Source of the DNA: Hyphochytrium catenoides
Lineage: Eukaryota > Protista > Hyphochytriomycota
Assembly (NCBI GenBank): GCA_900088475.1
Contig: FLMG01002858.1
Span: 9,024 to 73,023 of the forward strand
DNA: 64,000 nucleotides
Reading direction: 5' to 3'
In this document: positions 46,301 to 57,143 of the stretch, one piece after another
How positions within the stretch are numbered: position 1 is the stretch's first letter
Layout of the letters: each line of letters starts with the position of its first letter
Translations under genes and position numbers: made by a program
The notes under the pieces: generated by a model
The model's input: the letters and a program-made list of their open reading frames with translations, nothing else
Database searches by the model: none
Told to the model about the DNA's origin: nothing

Positions 46301-47536
46301 CTCTTTCTCGTCGTGCAGGGGAAGTGAGAGGGGAAGGCGCCACCAGCTGAAGAGGTGGATCGAGACACACTTTGAAAGCTGTTACATTTCACATTCTTTG
46401 TAGGTTACCGCGCAACATTATTATGCGGAAATAGGGTAGACCGGGTGGTCATCCCTCCACTAAATGTGTCACAGGATGGAGTGTCAAGAGAGGTGCATAT
46501 ACACTGATCGGCCCATCGCCTTCCTCAGCTGCACACAACAGGAAAAAGAGTAGGAAAGTTCATGTCAATTTACAGACAAGCGGCCATTGAAGTATATCTG
46601 TCAAATATGTGTTTTTCATATATGTCGTAAAAGGAGAAATTTACAGGTGATCCATTGATCCTTCATCTTGTTCTACAGTACCCTTGTAAAGAATAAAGAA
46701 TTGCTGTGTTTTTATAAATGTCTAGTTGTTTTGCAGTGATCATTTGTTTTTGACTGTCAATTATGAAGAGGAAACTGGAGCTGGTCTCCTGATTCTTCAC
46801 TTCCTTCTGAAGAGTCACTGGGAGCCAGGGACCAAGCTGCAGCTCGGCTCACTGAAGGGCATGAAGGGGAAGGAAGAAGCTGGAAGGCAACAGAGTGAGG
46901 CATGAGCGGTGCGTTACTTCTGTGTGGGTCAACGAGAGAGAGAGAGAGGGGATAGAAGAGGGAGAGAGCGGACAGAGAGAAAGAAAGAGAGGGAGCAGGT
47001 GTCTAGAAAGAACCATCGGGGAGGAAAACCTTGAAGTACGAGGAGTATCGACCAGAGACAACAAGCCGTACAGTTAGGTAGCAGGAACCTTCCAGGAGGA
47101 GTAGCAACAGGACAAGGATACCCTGGAAGATGCCAGAGAGATTTAGGCAAAGCCTGGTCTCTTGACTGTTGGGACAGTTGAGCTACAGTCTGTCCTATCA
47201 CCCCTAGTCTTTCTACTTAGGCAGAAGAGCTGCCAAAGCAGACTAGGAAAAGCCAGGAAAAAGAGAAGTAACAGTCGAACAACGTGCAAAGGTGAAAGCT
47301 AGTGCTGCCGGCCGTAGGAAGGCATCAGCTTCCATCGTTTCGCATCTCTCCCGTCACGGGCAGACCTGAGCGAAGGCTCCTGAGCCCAAGGTAGCACTGC
47401 CCTTTTTCTCTTCATTCCTGACTTTTCTCCCTTTCTGATCACGGCCTGGCGTCAGTTCCACCACAGCGCGGTCTGGCTATCGACGAGCATCAAAGTAGAA
47501 GCGCCGGTTATCTGGCAGACTCTAAAAGGGAGCACA

Positions 47537-48274
47537 ATGAAGATTAGCGACATGATCAACTCTTGCTCTGACGAGCTCCAAGACAGCAAAATGACGATAA
47601 TGCAGGTAGCTCCAGTGCGACCCATTGATAACTCTGTGACAACACCGCCCGCTACTGTCAAGTGCGACCTTCCCCGGCTCCATATTGAGCGGAACTGGGT
47701 GGAGCCCATGGGCGTTCCCAGAAAGACCGGAATGACAACTCCGATTAGAGAAAAGGTGCTCCGCAAACTATCCATAGATTATGCCATTCAGAAGCCCCAG
47801 TCTGGACTTCTGACGCTAACGGCCATCGCCGAGATCATCGAAGAGGACAATTTATCAGTCCGAAAGCCTAGCATTGCTGACCTGGGCATCAAGGACATAA
47901 AGCCCGCTTCGATTCTTTCTATCCACGCTGTCGTCCCAACAAGAACTCCTGCGCAATCTGAGAATCTCCCCAGTGGCCTGGCTGCAGAAGTTGTCGCTAC
48001 CGATGACAGGCTGCCAAGGAAATTGGCCCGCATTCTGGCTCAGCCCCCTCTCTTGTCTTCTACTTCTTCCACCTATCGCGGACGATGCAAGTATAAGACA
48101 GGAAAATGCTTCAACGAGCGTGCCGTGAAGGTCAACGGCAGGCCTCACAACCTATGCGACCATCACAGATCGAAGCAAAACAGCAACCAGCGGAAGCTCG
48201 ACAGGAAGATTCGAGAAAAACGCCACGACGTGACAGCCGTGGTCCTAGGGTCAGTAAAAAGAAGGAAGGCATGA
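47537..48274 (+). CDS. Intronless protein with C-terminal C-x6-C-x15-C-x2-H (WRC-like) zinc finger; putative transcription factor
   Basis: GRCKYKTGKCFNERAVKVNGRPHNLCDHHRSKQNSNQRKLDRK followed by a basic tail (KRRK), a motif I recall from a family expanded in oomycetes. Confidence 0.8.
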   Translation: MKISDMINSCSDELQDSKMTIMQVAPVRPIDNSVTTPPATVKCDLPRLHIERNWVEPMGVPRKTGMTTPIREKVLRKLSIDYAIQKPQSGLLTLTAIAEIIEEDNLSVRKPSIADLGIKDIKPASILSIHAVVPTRTPAQSENLPSGLAAEVVATDDRLPRKLARILAQPPLLSSTSSTYRGRCKYKTGKCFNERAVKVNGRPHNLCDHHRSKQNSNQRKLDRKIREKRHDVTAVVLGSVKRRKA

Positions 48275-48499
48275 AGTGAGCCCAGTCATTCAGCGACTGA
48301 CGGCTTGGCGAATCAACAACCTCCCACTATTCACAGCTCTGCTTTGCGGGCCAGCTTCATCACCCTATTTATTTAGCTGTCTTGCTAGGACCTGGTGCTG
48401 GCTCTTGTCGTGTTAGCATATGTTCCCTTTCCTATTGTACAAGTCTATATGTGGCTCCATAGAAAGCGCGGTAGACCCGTCGTTGTAGGCCTCTCCGTG

Positions 48500-51000
48500 T
48501 TACTTTTTAAATCTATATCGATCATTTGTCGTCTTTCCGCGTTCGACCTTCCTGTACTTCGTGCGCAAGCTGCGTTTTCTACTAAAAGCACTATCCAGTC
48601 CATCCTTGGCCTTTCTTATAGAGTCATAGAGAAGGATATTCTCCGACGTGACCACGTTCGTCACTAATAGAATATAAGGGGTCAGTAGACGTTAGGGCTG
48701 CCAAAGTGCTAGACATATCTAGGCTTACCTCGGCCTTCGCGGCCAAATCTGCCAGTCCTGCCCACTCTATGGATGTGGGAGACAACGTCTCGAGCAAAGT
48801 CGAGCTGTATCACGTGGTCTACCTAAAGGGAGCCGATGGTAGTACAAGCGAGCCGCAGCGATGAAGGTTAGTTCATTAGAGTTAAGAGTTAACCATGGTC
48901 AAGACTTACATGAGATGTGTCAATGCCTCTGGCACCCAGGTCAGTGGAGACTAACACTTTGACGTCTCCCATGAAAAATTGTCCCAGTCTTGCCTCTCTC
49001 TCTAGGGAACGAAGATCCTATATGGCACCAGTGAGTAGGACACGACATTCTAGACTACAACCTCATCATCAAACCTTATGAAGGGAGACAGCCGGTACTG
49101 ACGATTCCTTGAGAAAAGCGGCAACACTTTCCGCTCTCTCGCCGGTCTCTACGAATACTATAGACGGCTGTCCATCTAATAGCTACATTGTGTGCACGTT
49201 ACATGAGCGGCTAGAGGAAAGCGTCAGATGCAGCTTAGCATTAAACACCGACCTCGATCAGTAGCTTGTTCTTGCTGTTGCAAAGTGGTTCAGTGGTCTG
49301 CGGTGTCGGCAAAAGAGTTCCGCCAGCATCAGGGACATCTTGTAGAGAGCCATTGGGAAGTCTTGTCACTTCTAGGCTATCCGTGATAAAGATATCTTCC
49401 TCCGTTAACTTGGGGTTAAATTTGTGAAGCAGCTACGAAGGGAAGGACGGTATAAGGTAGCAAGGTAAGCTCAGGTAACAACAGGCAGATGCGACTCATC
49501 TAGTGACCCTACGGAAGTTTTGATCCAGGAGGCTCGAGGAAACTTCTTGGTAATATAGCTGTGGACCGATAAGGGGCCATAATCGGGAATTGTGGCCTAA
49601 AGTCAGTGACCAAGAGTCAGACGATGTTCAACAACGCTGATACGACTGTATCCTATAGGACAAGCAAGCAGTCGATGAAGTGTACGAGAGGCAGGCTCCT
49701 CACCCCAGCGAACACTACTTGAGGAGCAGGAGAGCGCCAACCAGGAGTGACCTCCCGGTTAAGCACCAGGCGAGACAGGATCAGCTTAGTGTCGCGCTCA
49801 TAACCTCCTGACAGCAAAAGATCAGCCTCATCCACTACGAGTACTTTGACGCTTGAGAGCTTCAAGAGTTCTCCAGTATTTTTGATCCTAAAGTTCTAGG
49901 GGGCTATTAGAGTTAGTTGGAAGCGAGCGGAGAGGAGCGCCACGGACCCAATAGGAAAAAGGATAAACATTTAAGAGGAGGAGAACGGACAAAGGACAGA
50001 AAGATAGAGAAGATGAGCTTATTCCAAGGCACGCGTAGATTCCAGCACCAACCTCTAACAAATGGTGGGGAGTGCTCACTAGTACTCTACGCTTGGTCAG
50101 TGATCCTGGTGCCGGTGCAGCTAGAACCTGCACTGCCTCAGCCAGCTCGCTATCGAGATCCGACGCCATCTTCTTCACCTTAGTTTATAGTGAGTCAGAG
50201 CTTGATCAGACATGCCGGGATCATGCGAGAGGGATGAGGCTAAGAAAAAGTAAGCACCCGGACGCTATTGCGGGAGTAGACGGGGCTCAGGTGCATGGAG
50301 AACTATAGATTGAGAAGCCTTCCAGGACTGACCCTCTATGCACGCCTTCCACTCTTTATTCCATGCCCACGACAAAGAAAATAATGCTCTCAAGGCCTGC
50401 TTCTGTTTGTCCCTCCAGACAGGTAAGTGTACTCTTCAGCTTACCTGTGCTGCCAGCTCCTTGTTTGGCACTAAGACAATGGCCACTGGACCCTTACTTG
50501 ACTCTTCTGTGGTAGAGGTTACACTCACCGCAGTTGACGACTCTCCTGACCTCCACACAACGTCCCAGAGCCTCAATAAATACGTTAGTGTCTTTCCGCT
50601 GCCCGTCTCCGCAGCGAGCACTGTGCTGGAGCCCTTAAGGAGCTCGGGTAGAGCCTGTCATCATTGGCAGAAAATGTCAGTGTCATTTTCACAGAAAGAC
50701 GCGATGACGCAGAGCATTTAGCAGGCAGGAAGCCCTCTGGCGTCACCTGTGCCTGAACCTCCGAGGCCTTTCTGAAGGGGCTTCTTTGCAATCGGCTCCG
50801 TAAGCTTTCGGGGACGAAAGCCATGTCCTCGAACAAGGCTGCTTCTTGAGAACCACTCTCACTACTGAGGGCTGCGACGTTCACAGTAAGGCTAAACCTN
50901 NNNNNNNNNNNNNNNNNNNNNNNNNNNNNNNNNNNNNNNNNNNNNNNNGGCCTGACTACGAAGTAGAGAAAGCATCTGTCCTTCGCACGCACACACAGGG
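48500..51000 (-). CDS. DEAD-box RNA helicase, DDX28/RH22-like (organellar ribosome assembly type); 5' end uncertain (gap)
   Basis: Q motif FRKASEVQAQ, LAAETGSGKTLTYL, IVLVPNKELAAQV, VLVSTP, VVDEADLLL, GAT, VLVSTDLGARGID, HRVGRTGRFG, C-terminal AFSRKRSLRTKYRK; stop at 48500. Confidence 0.88.
50900..50948. other. Assembly gap (N run)
   Basis: 49 Ns. Confidence 1.
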
Positions 51001-51500
51001 ATTGATGATCTGCTACCAACTTGAGCCCCGTCCCGCCAGGCTCCTTATGGCTTGGGAATCATCATCAAGCAGCTCTGTCGACCTTGACGGAGAGGAGGGA
51101 TCACTTGCATCACTAGGAGGCTCGATCTGTTACTTGGGAGGAAGGAGCCTGAAGGTGATGGACGGGACAGACGGATGATGGTTCGCATCTACCACGTTCG
51201 CATAACTAGCCGGTAACGACACTAATATGGCCCACCCGTCCTGCTGAATCTGTAATAGGTTCATTTATTGTCAACAGAGTGGATGGGCGCAAGTGGGCTG
51301 AATGGGCTACAGCATGATGGGAGTTTATTTCTGAGAGACTTGGAAGTATGGAAGTTCAGGCGTCTTGCAGTCCTTGCTATAAGGCTTTTGATGCATTATG
51401 AGAAGCTGCGGCGGCTGTCCTCGCAGCTCTGGGAGCCCAGGTGGTGGGAGGCCGTGATAGACGCAGTCTTTATTACTATCTTCGACGTGGGCAGCGCTGA

Positions 51501-53167
51501 TCACCGCTGCTTGGCTTCGTCTAGTAGCTCTATAAAGGCAGCTTGAATGGCCTTTACTACCGGATGTAGTTCTTTGCAAACGGCGGCGTCCAGAGTCACC
51601 CCAAGTCTAACCTGTAACGCCGACCAAAGTATCGTTTGTGTGAGAGCGGAGGTAACATTCTAGCTAGGCGTGATGTTGAGACGTGACAATTGCTGGTGTT
51701 ACCTTGCCGTCATAGCTGCTCATGCAACCTCCAGCTATCACTGCCCCTGATGCCGGTGGCCAGGCAAAGAGGTCGTGCACCTTCCTGCCACCAAAAAAGA
51801 TTGGCTTGACAGGACCAGGAACATTCGACAACACTGTGATGAGGAGGCAGTTTTTAGCTTTCTCTATAAAACTAGGTGCAACTGCGAAGTACAGGGATAA
51901 TATACTCACAGACAGTGGACTTATTAGTGAGCAGCTGCTGGAGAGCTGTGACCCATGATAGCGGCAAAATGCTTGCCGCTATGAGCAGAGCAAAGTACAT
52001 TGCTAGTGGTTCAGGACTTTTCTTCAGGTTCTCCATTCTCTGGTTGACCTTGGTGATAACGTCACCCACAGATTTACTCATGCTTGTAGGGAGGTCCACG
52101 CCTACGAGGCATAACTTGTTCTCAAGCTTGATGTTCTTCATCTCTCCAGACGTGCGCATGTTCACGGGAATGATGGCATTGCAGTCAACTAGCTCTTTGT
52201 ATCCAATAGCGTACCAGTGCTTCTGAAAGCCCCTCGCAACCACAGCCATGAAGACGTCATTGACGGTTACGTTGAACTTATTTTTGATGAGTTTTATGTC
52301 CTCCAGATCTATTGGAGGCAGCCAGCCGACGAGCCGCCGCCCTTCAGGCAGTGGGCCGTGGAAAGGGTTATTGTCTGTTCTGGAAAGGAGTTTCAGGAGC
52401 AGGACCATGGGAAGAGACAACGCGGAGTAAACAACCTTCATAAGGTTCCCCCCGTGCTTAGCGATAGAGTTCAGGGCTGATTTTTGAGACCGTCTCCCAC
52501 TGTTATGACCCACAGCCTTAGGCATGAGGTCTTCTAACTTTTCGCCATCCCTTGGAGGATCCATTATTCCCTGTAGTGCCAACCCCAAGAGCCCTACGCC
52601 GTCACTCAAAGCGTGATGGAACGTCCATAGCAACACAGTCCTTCCTCCCTCATAGTTCTCAATGCACTCATAAGCCCAAGGAGAAGCGTTTTGGGGCAGT
52701 ACGGAGCTATCAGAATACATTTCTCCAAGACGCTGTAGCGCTTGCTCCTCTGAAACCTCTTCCTGACCCGGGAGAGGTAAGAGCTTTGATGCCGTCATGT
52801 GCTTGTCAATAGAGAAGTCAGGATCCGGCCTAAAGTAAAAGTTTTCTCCTTGCAGCTTGATGATTGTGCAGCTAAGTCGTGGATATCTGGGTATAAGTCT
52901 CTCCAAATAGAGCTGCTTCACGGTATCCAGCGAAATTCTGTCACAGACCAAGAGGCCGACAGGAGTCATTGGATTCTTAGGATCATCTTGGGTCAAGTAT
53001 TTGTCAATCAAAGAAAGCTTCGTCCAGCCCTTGGCGACCAGCGGAGAGAAGAGAACATTTTTTGTCAGATAAACTGCCAGGACAATACCCGCTACCCACC
53101 AAATTCGCGCAAGAGCGTACGCTGTCAACAACGCGCTGAAGGGCAGAGCTAGGTCTGGGACAAACAT
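51501..53167 (-). CDS. Wax ester synthase/diacylglycerol acyltransferase (WS/DGAT), 3 exons
   Basis: Catalytic HHALSDG (HHxxxDG), TVNDVFMA, IPVNMR, LSNVPGP, SYDGKVRLGV; N-terminal hydrophobic anchor; last exon ends EAKQR* at 51501. Confidence 0.92.
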
Positions 53168-53829
53168 CTTTCAGGTATTGGTCCTTTTTCGGCAGATACG
53201 AAGAAGGTGACGTCTGCTGGTAGCGTGATCGGCTCTGGAGTCCTCCCAGCCTTCCTCTTCTAAGGACCAGACTCTAGGAGTAGCACCACTGCCTACGTGC
53301 ACTAGTCAGAGCCGCTATCTAGGAGGGCTCTTATCACTTTTTTAATAACCTGGGCTCTTAAGAAAGAATGGCTTGTTCCAGCTGCTGTTTGTCTGCCCAA
53401 ACTGTGCTCTCATTCTGAAGTTCATCGGGTCATCATGTCATCATGTCATCGCTACCTCACGTCGGCACCAGAGCAACGAGAGCGGAGAGAGTGAAGGTGA
53501 TTAGGCAGAGTTTGGCAGATCCCTTGGATTACGGTAATCAATTCCTGATAACCACAGGGTAGTTGTGCTGCCTAAGACTCAGTTATCGTAAACTTTTCAG
53601 TGGATGGCTGGCGCGAATACAGACACAGAGCGCGGGATCTCTCAATGGTGGCGGCAACTACGCGGTATTATCACTGCAGCGTGATTAATAGAAAGACATT
53701 GCTATCGTACTCAAAGAAGTACATTATTATTGACAGAAGGCGCTTCAGACTTCATAGGACGAAGAATCACTTTCTTGCAAGCTTCAGGAGATCTGTAAGA
53801 GCTCTATTTGCCGGGACTGAGACTGAACC

Positions 53830-54580
53830 ATGGTAAGTGCTGTTCGTTGGCTATAACCTAGCGGGTTGGTGTAGATGATCCGTCATGCCTACCACTTCGT
53901 AAATCTTTCTCTGTTACGTCAACTGGGAGTTCATTTAGTGGAAGGGTGAGGGGTTGTCCTATTGCGAACGAGGGTTACCCCAGCAGCTAACGCTTGCGTC
54001 TAGTCGCTCGTTATCGCCCCCGAGTTCCAGCACATTCTTCGTGTTCTTAACACGAACATTGATGGACGGCGCAAGGTTATGTACGCCTTGACCTCCATTA
54101 AGGGTGTGGGCCGCCGTTTCTCAAACCTCATCTGCAAGAAGGCTGAGGTTGACCCCACCAAGAGGTGAGCTATCGCATTTCAATAAGCCTACTACGCCCC
54201 AGCTAATCAAGAAAACTTTAGAGCCGGAGAGCTTACCAACGATGAGATCGAGCGGTTGGTAGCTATTATTCAGAACCCTCTGCAGTTCAAGATCCCCCAG
54301 TGGTTCCTGAACAGACAGAAGGACCACAAGACCGGCAAGTTCAGCCAGGTCTTCGCTAACCAGCTTGAGGGCAAGCTCCGTGACGACCTCGAGCGCCTTA
54401 AGAAGATCCGGTATGTCAGTTTCTCTAGTTGTATAAGGCTCTCCCTGTATAGGCTGACGAGGCTACTTGCTCAGTGCTCACCGCGGTCTTCGCCACTGGT
54501 GGGGAATCAAGGTTCGTGGACAGCACACAAAGACCACCGGTCGTCGCGGACGCACTGTGGGCATTGCTGGCAAGAAGTAA
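53830..54580 (+). CDS. RPS18: 40S ribosomal protein S18 (uS13), 4 exons, first coding exon is ATG only
   Basis: M|[42 protein letters not shown]...[12 protein letters not shown]...[12 protein letters not shown]|[34 protein letters not shown]. Confidence 0.97.
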
Positions 54581-54985
54581 GGTTAGAAATTGGTACGGCG
54601 GATGGTTTAGCGAGCGTCTCATGGGTGAGGTTCTTCTATTGTTCAAATAAACTACTTGACGTGCCCACCCTCTGAGAAGCTCGCCTTTTCTGTCGAAGAA
54701 GCACCGTTATAGTGGCCGTAGAACGAGAGAGAAAACAAAAGTAGCATAGGAGGTTCTACGTTTTGGCGGCTGGAACGAAGATTTTCTTGGCCTTCGTATT
54801 GGAATAGCGAAATGTCTGGTTAGGGAACCGCCTTCCCTTTAGAACTTCTAAGTCGTGATACGGAAGAAGTTATAGCGAAAGGAAATTACAGGAGTAGCGA
54901 AGGGCGCGGGCGGGAGTGGATAGATGGAGTGAACAGTGGTTGTTGGTGAGAGCTCGGCTCTGGTAAACCTTGGAGATCGTTTAGT

Positions 54986-56480
54986 TTAAAAGAGTAACTT
55001 TCTAGACCACCGTATCGTGGCCTCAACGAGACGTTGGGGCAGACAAATGAGCTCCCACAGACCAGCAATGGCAAAAATAACTAGATGGCGAGCTCCATGA
55101 GGGAAGAAATGGACGGGAGTGTTCTGCGGATGATCCACAAATTTGATCTGCTTCCAGAGCAGCTTTGCTGCTTGCCTACTCTCGTCTTAGTAACTCTCCC
55201 ATGGTGAGGAAATTCAATAGGAACGGGAAACGCTTACCAATGAATCCAGAGCTGCACAGTCAAGGTCATGAGTGGCTGTTTTATAAGAATGGAACACAGG
55301 GATCCGAAACATATCTCTTTGCGCCGGAGATTTAACCCAACGGTAAAGCTTTGAATCTCCTGAACTGTAGGAGCAGTAGACCATAGATTTATAAGGAGTA
55401 CATAATACATGGACGGAGTTTCCCCCACCTGTTTCTTGGTGCTCTCCTTCTAGTTGGATGTCGTCAGGGCTATCGCTGGCCTTTGTTTCCGATGTGCGCC
55501 TCCAGCTAAGCGCTCGTACCTTCAGACTTTCTTCTGGAAGCCATAACTCCCAATCGTACTGCCAGAATTAACGTTAGGAGTGCTACGCATATGGTAGTGA
55601 GATTAGTTGATGACCACGTATTGATCAGCTCACCTCATGATTTAGATCCATGAATGGACTGACGTGGAAATCCTTCTTGAAGCGCCGCCGCCAGGATCGT
55701 GGTTGTAGTCTTCTCTCAGATGGGTTTCCTGTCTTGCCTCCAGTGGAGCCAGAAAAGTCCAGAACATACTGCCTGCGTTCCAGCCAAGGTGTGTTTGTGA
55801 CATCGAGGACTACAGCTTGGATGACATTGTCTGTCCATGAACAGCCCAAGTCAGCACCAAAAGCCAAAAGGTCATCACACGCCCCACACTTCGTGCCTTA
55901 TTATACTACCTTCATGTGGCGCAAAGCAGTAGTAAATGGTCACTGGATTGAAACAGTAGCCAAAATATCGCAGATGGGTTAGCATCCGGATAGGTCCTTC
56001 TGGCTTGAAACCCGCTTCCTTGACAACTACATCTCTTATCACCTCATCCAATGGAGTGGACGGATCGCCAACGTAATCTAGATGTACGTAGCTTTAGGTC
56101 CGGTAGGGACACCGCCTTAGCGTAGGTCGCACTTTGGTCTCACCTTCACGATGAAAGGCTGCAACGTTACGCCCATTGATAGACCAAAACCATCGTCCTT
56201 TGAAGATTTCATTGACCTCGGCAAGATCAATGTAGAGCATGGATAGAGAATAAGAGAACTTGTTGGATGCAGGAGAAAGTCCTGAGACTTGTGGGCGGTA
56301 ATGATACACACGGCCTTTATAGATGCAACTTTCCAGGGCACGTGGGCCGCTAGATTTAAGAGCGACGTTGCTCTTCAATGAGACAAGCAGGCGGCTCCCA
56401 GGCCACCATGATAGGGCCACACAGAACAAAAGGAGGACTATCAAGCTAATACCAAGCCCTCCTAGCCATTCGAAAGCCAT
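54986..56480 (-). CDS. DUF1365 family protein with N-terminal membrane anchor, multi-exon
   Basis: IYKGRVYHYR...FSYSLSMLYIDL, LTHLRYFGYCFNPVTIYYCF, DVTNTPWLER, KKDFHVSPFM, IHWQAAKLLWK. Confidence 0.87.
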
Positions 56481-57143
56481 CTTCCTGCGCGTTAACTTTG
56501 CTTGTAGAGGGGGGCAACCCTATAGCGGCCCAATACTGAGGCTCGCCCGAGGAAAGGCACGGAGATAACGGGCTTGTTAGCTGGATCATCAGAAGAAAAC
56601 AGAAGCTTTGTAGTGTTCGATCCTACCGTTCTCCCTGAGCTGCACAGGGAGACGAGCTGGCACCTTGAAGGAGCTAGCGGGACCTGTGACGATACATCTC
56701 TTCTTCGGCTACTAGAATTGGTCTGGTGCTTTATGGATGTGGAGAGGTTGAGGAAGCCGAAGAAAGAAACCAAGAACTCTTTAAAAACCAAGGGGACGAG
56801 CAGATTGTTGCGGAGCGAGGTAGTGAAAGGAAGCGGAGGCCCGCTCAATAAGGCCAGTGCAAGGGGAAGAAGTAGTCAGAAGAACGGCGTTGTCATCAAT
56901 CACCCTTCTTCCGTGGAACTGTCGATGATGGAAGGATTTATTGATGAGTGACTCTCGAGGGAGAAGTGTACTTCACAACGCGGAGGAAGTATGTGGTCAA
57001 GTGACCGCAAGGGGGCCGGAGGGCTAAGAAGTAAGAAGGACCTCGTCGCGGCGGCGAAGAGAGAAGAGAAAGATGCCGTGCTGCCAGTGTGCTGCTGACA
57101 TGAAGAATCAGAAGGCAGCGGCCAAAGCACAATAAAAGGATCC

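Noticed and set aside
46560-46770. Locally AT-rich stretch
   Set aside because: No ORF, repeat or RNA-gene structure to support a call.
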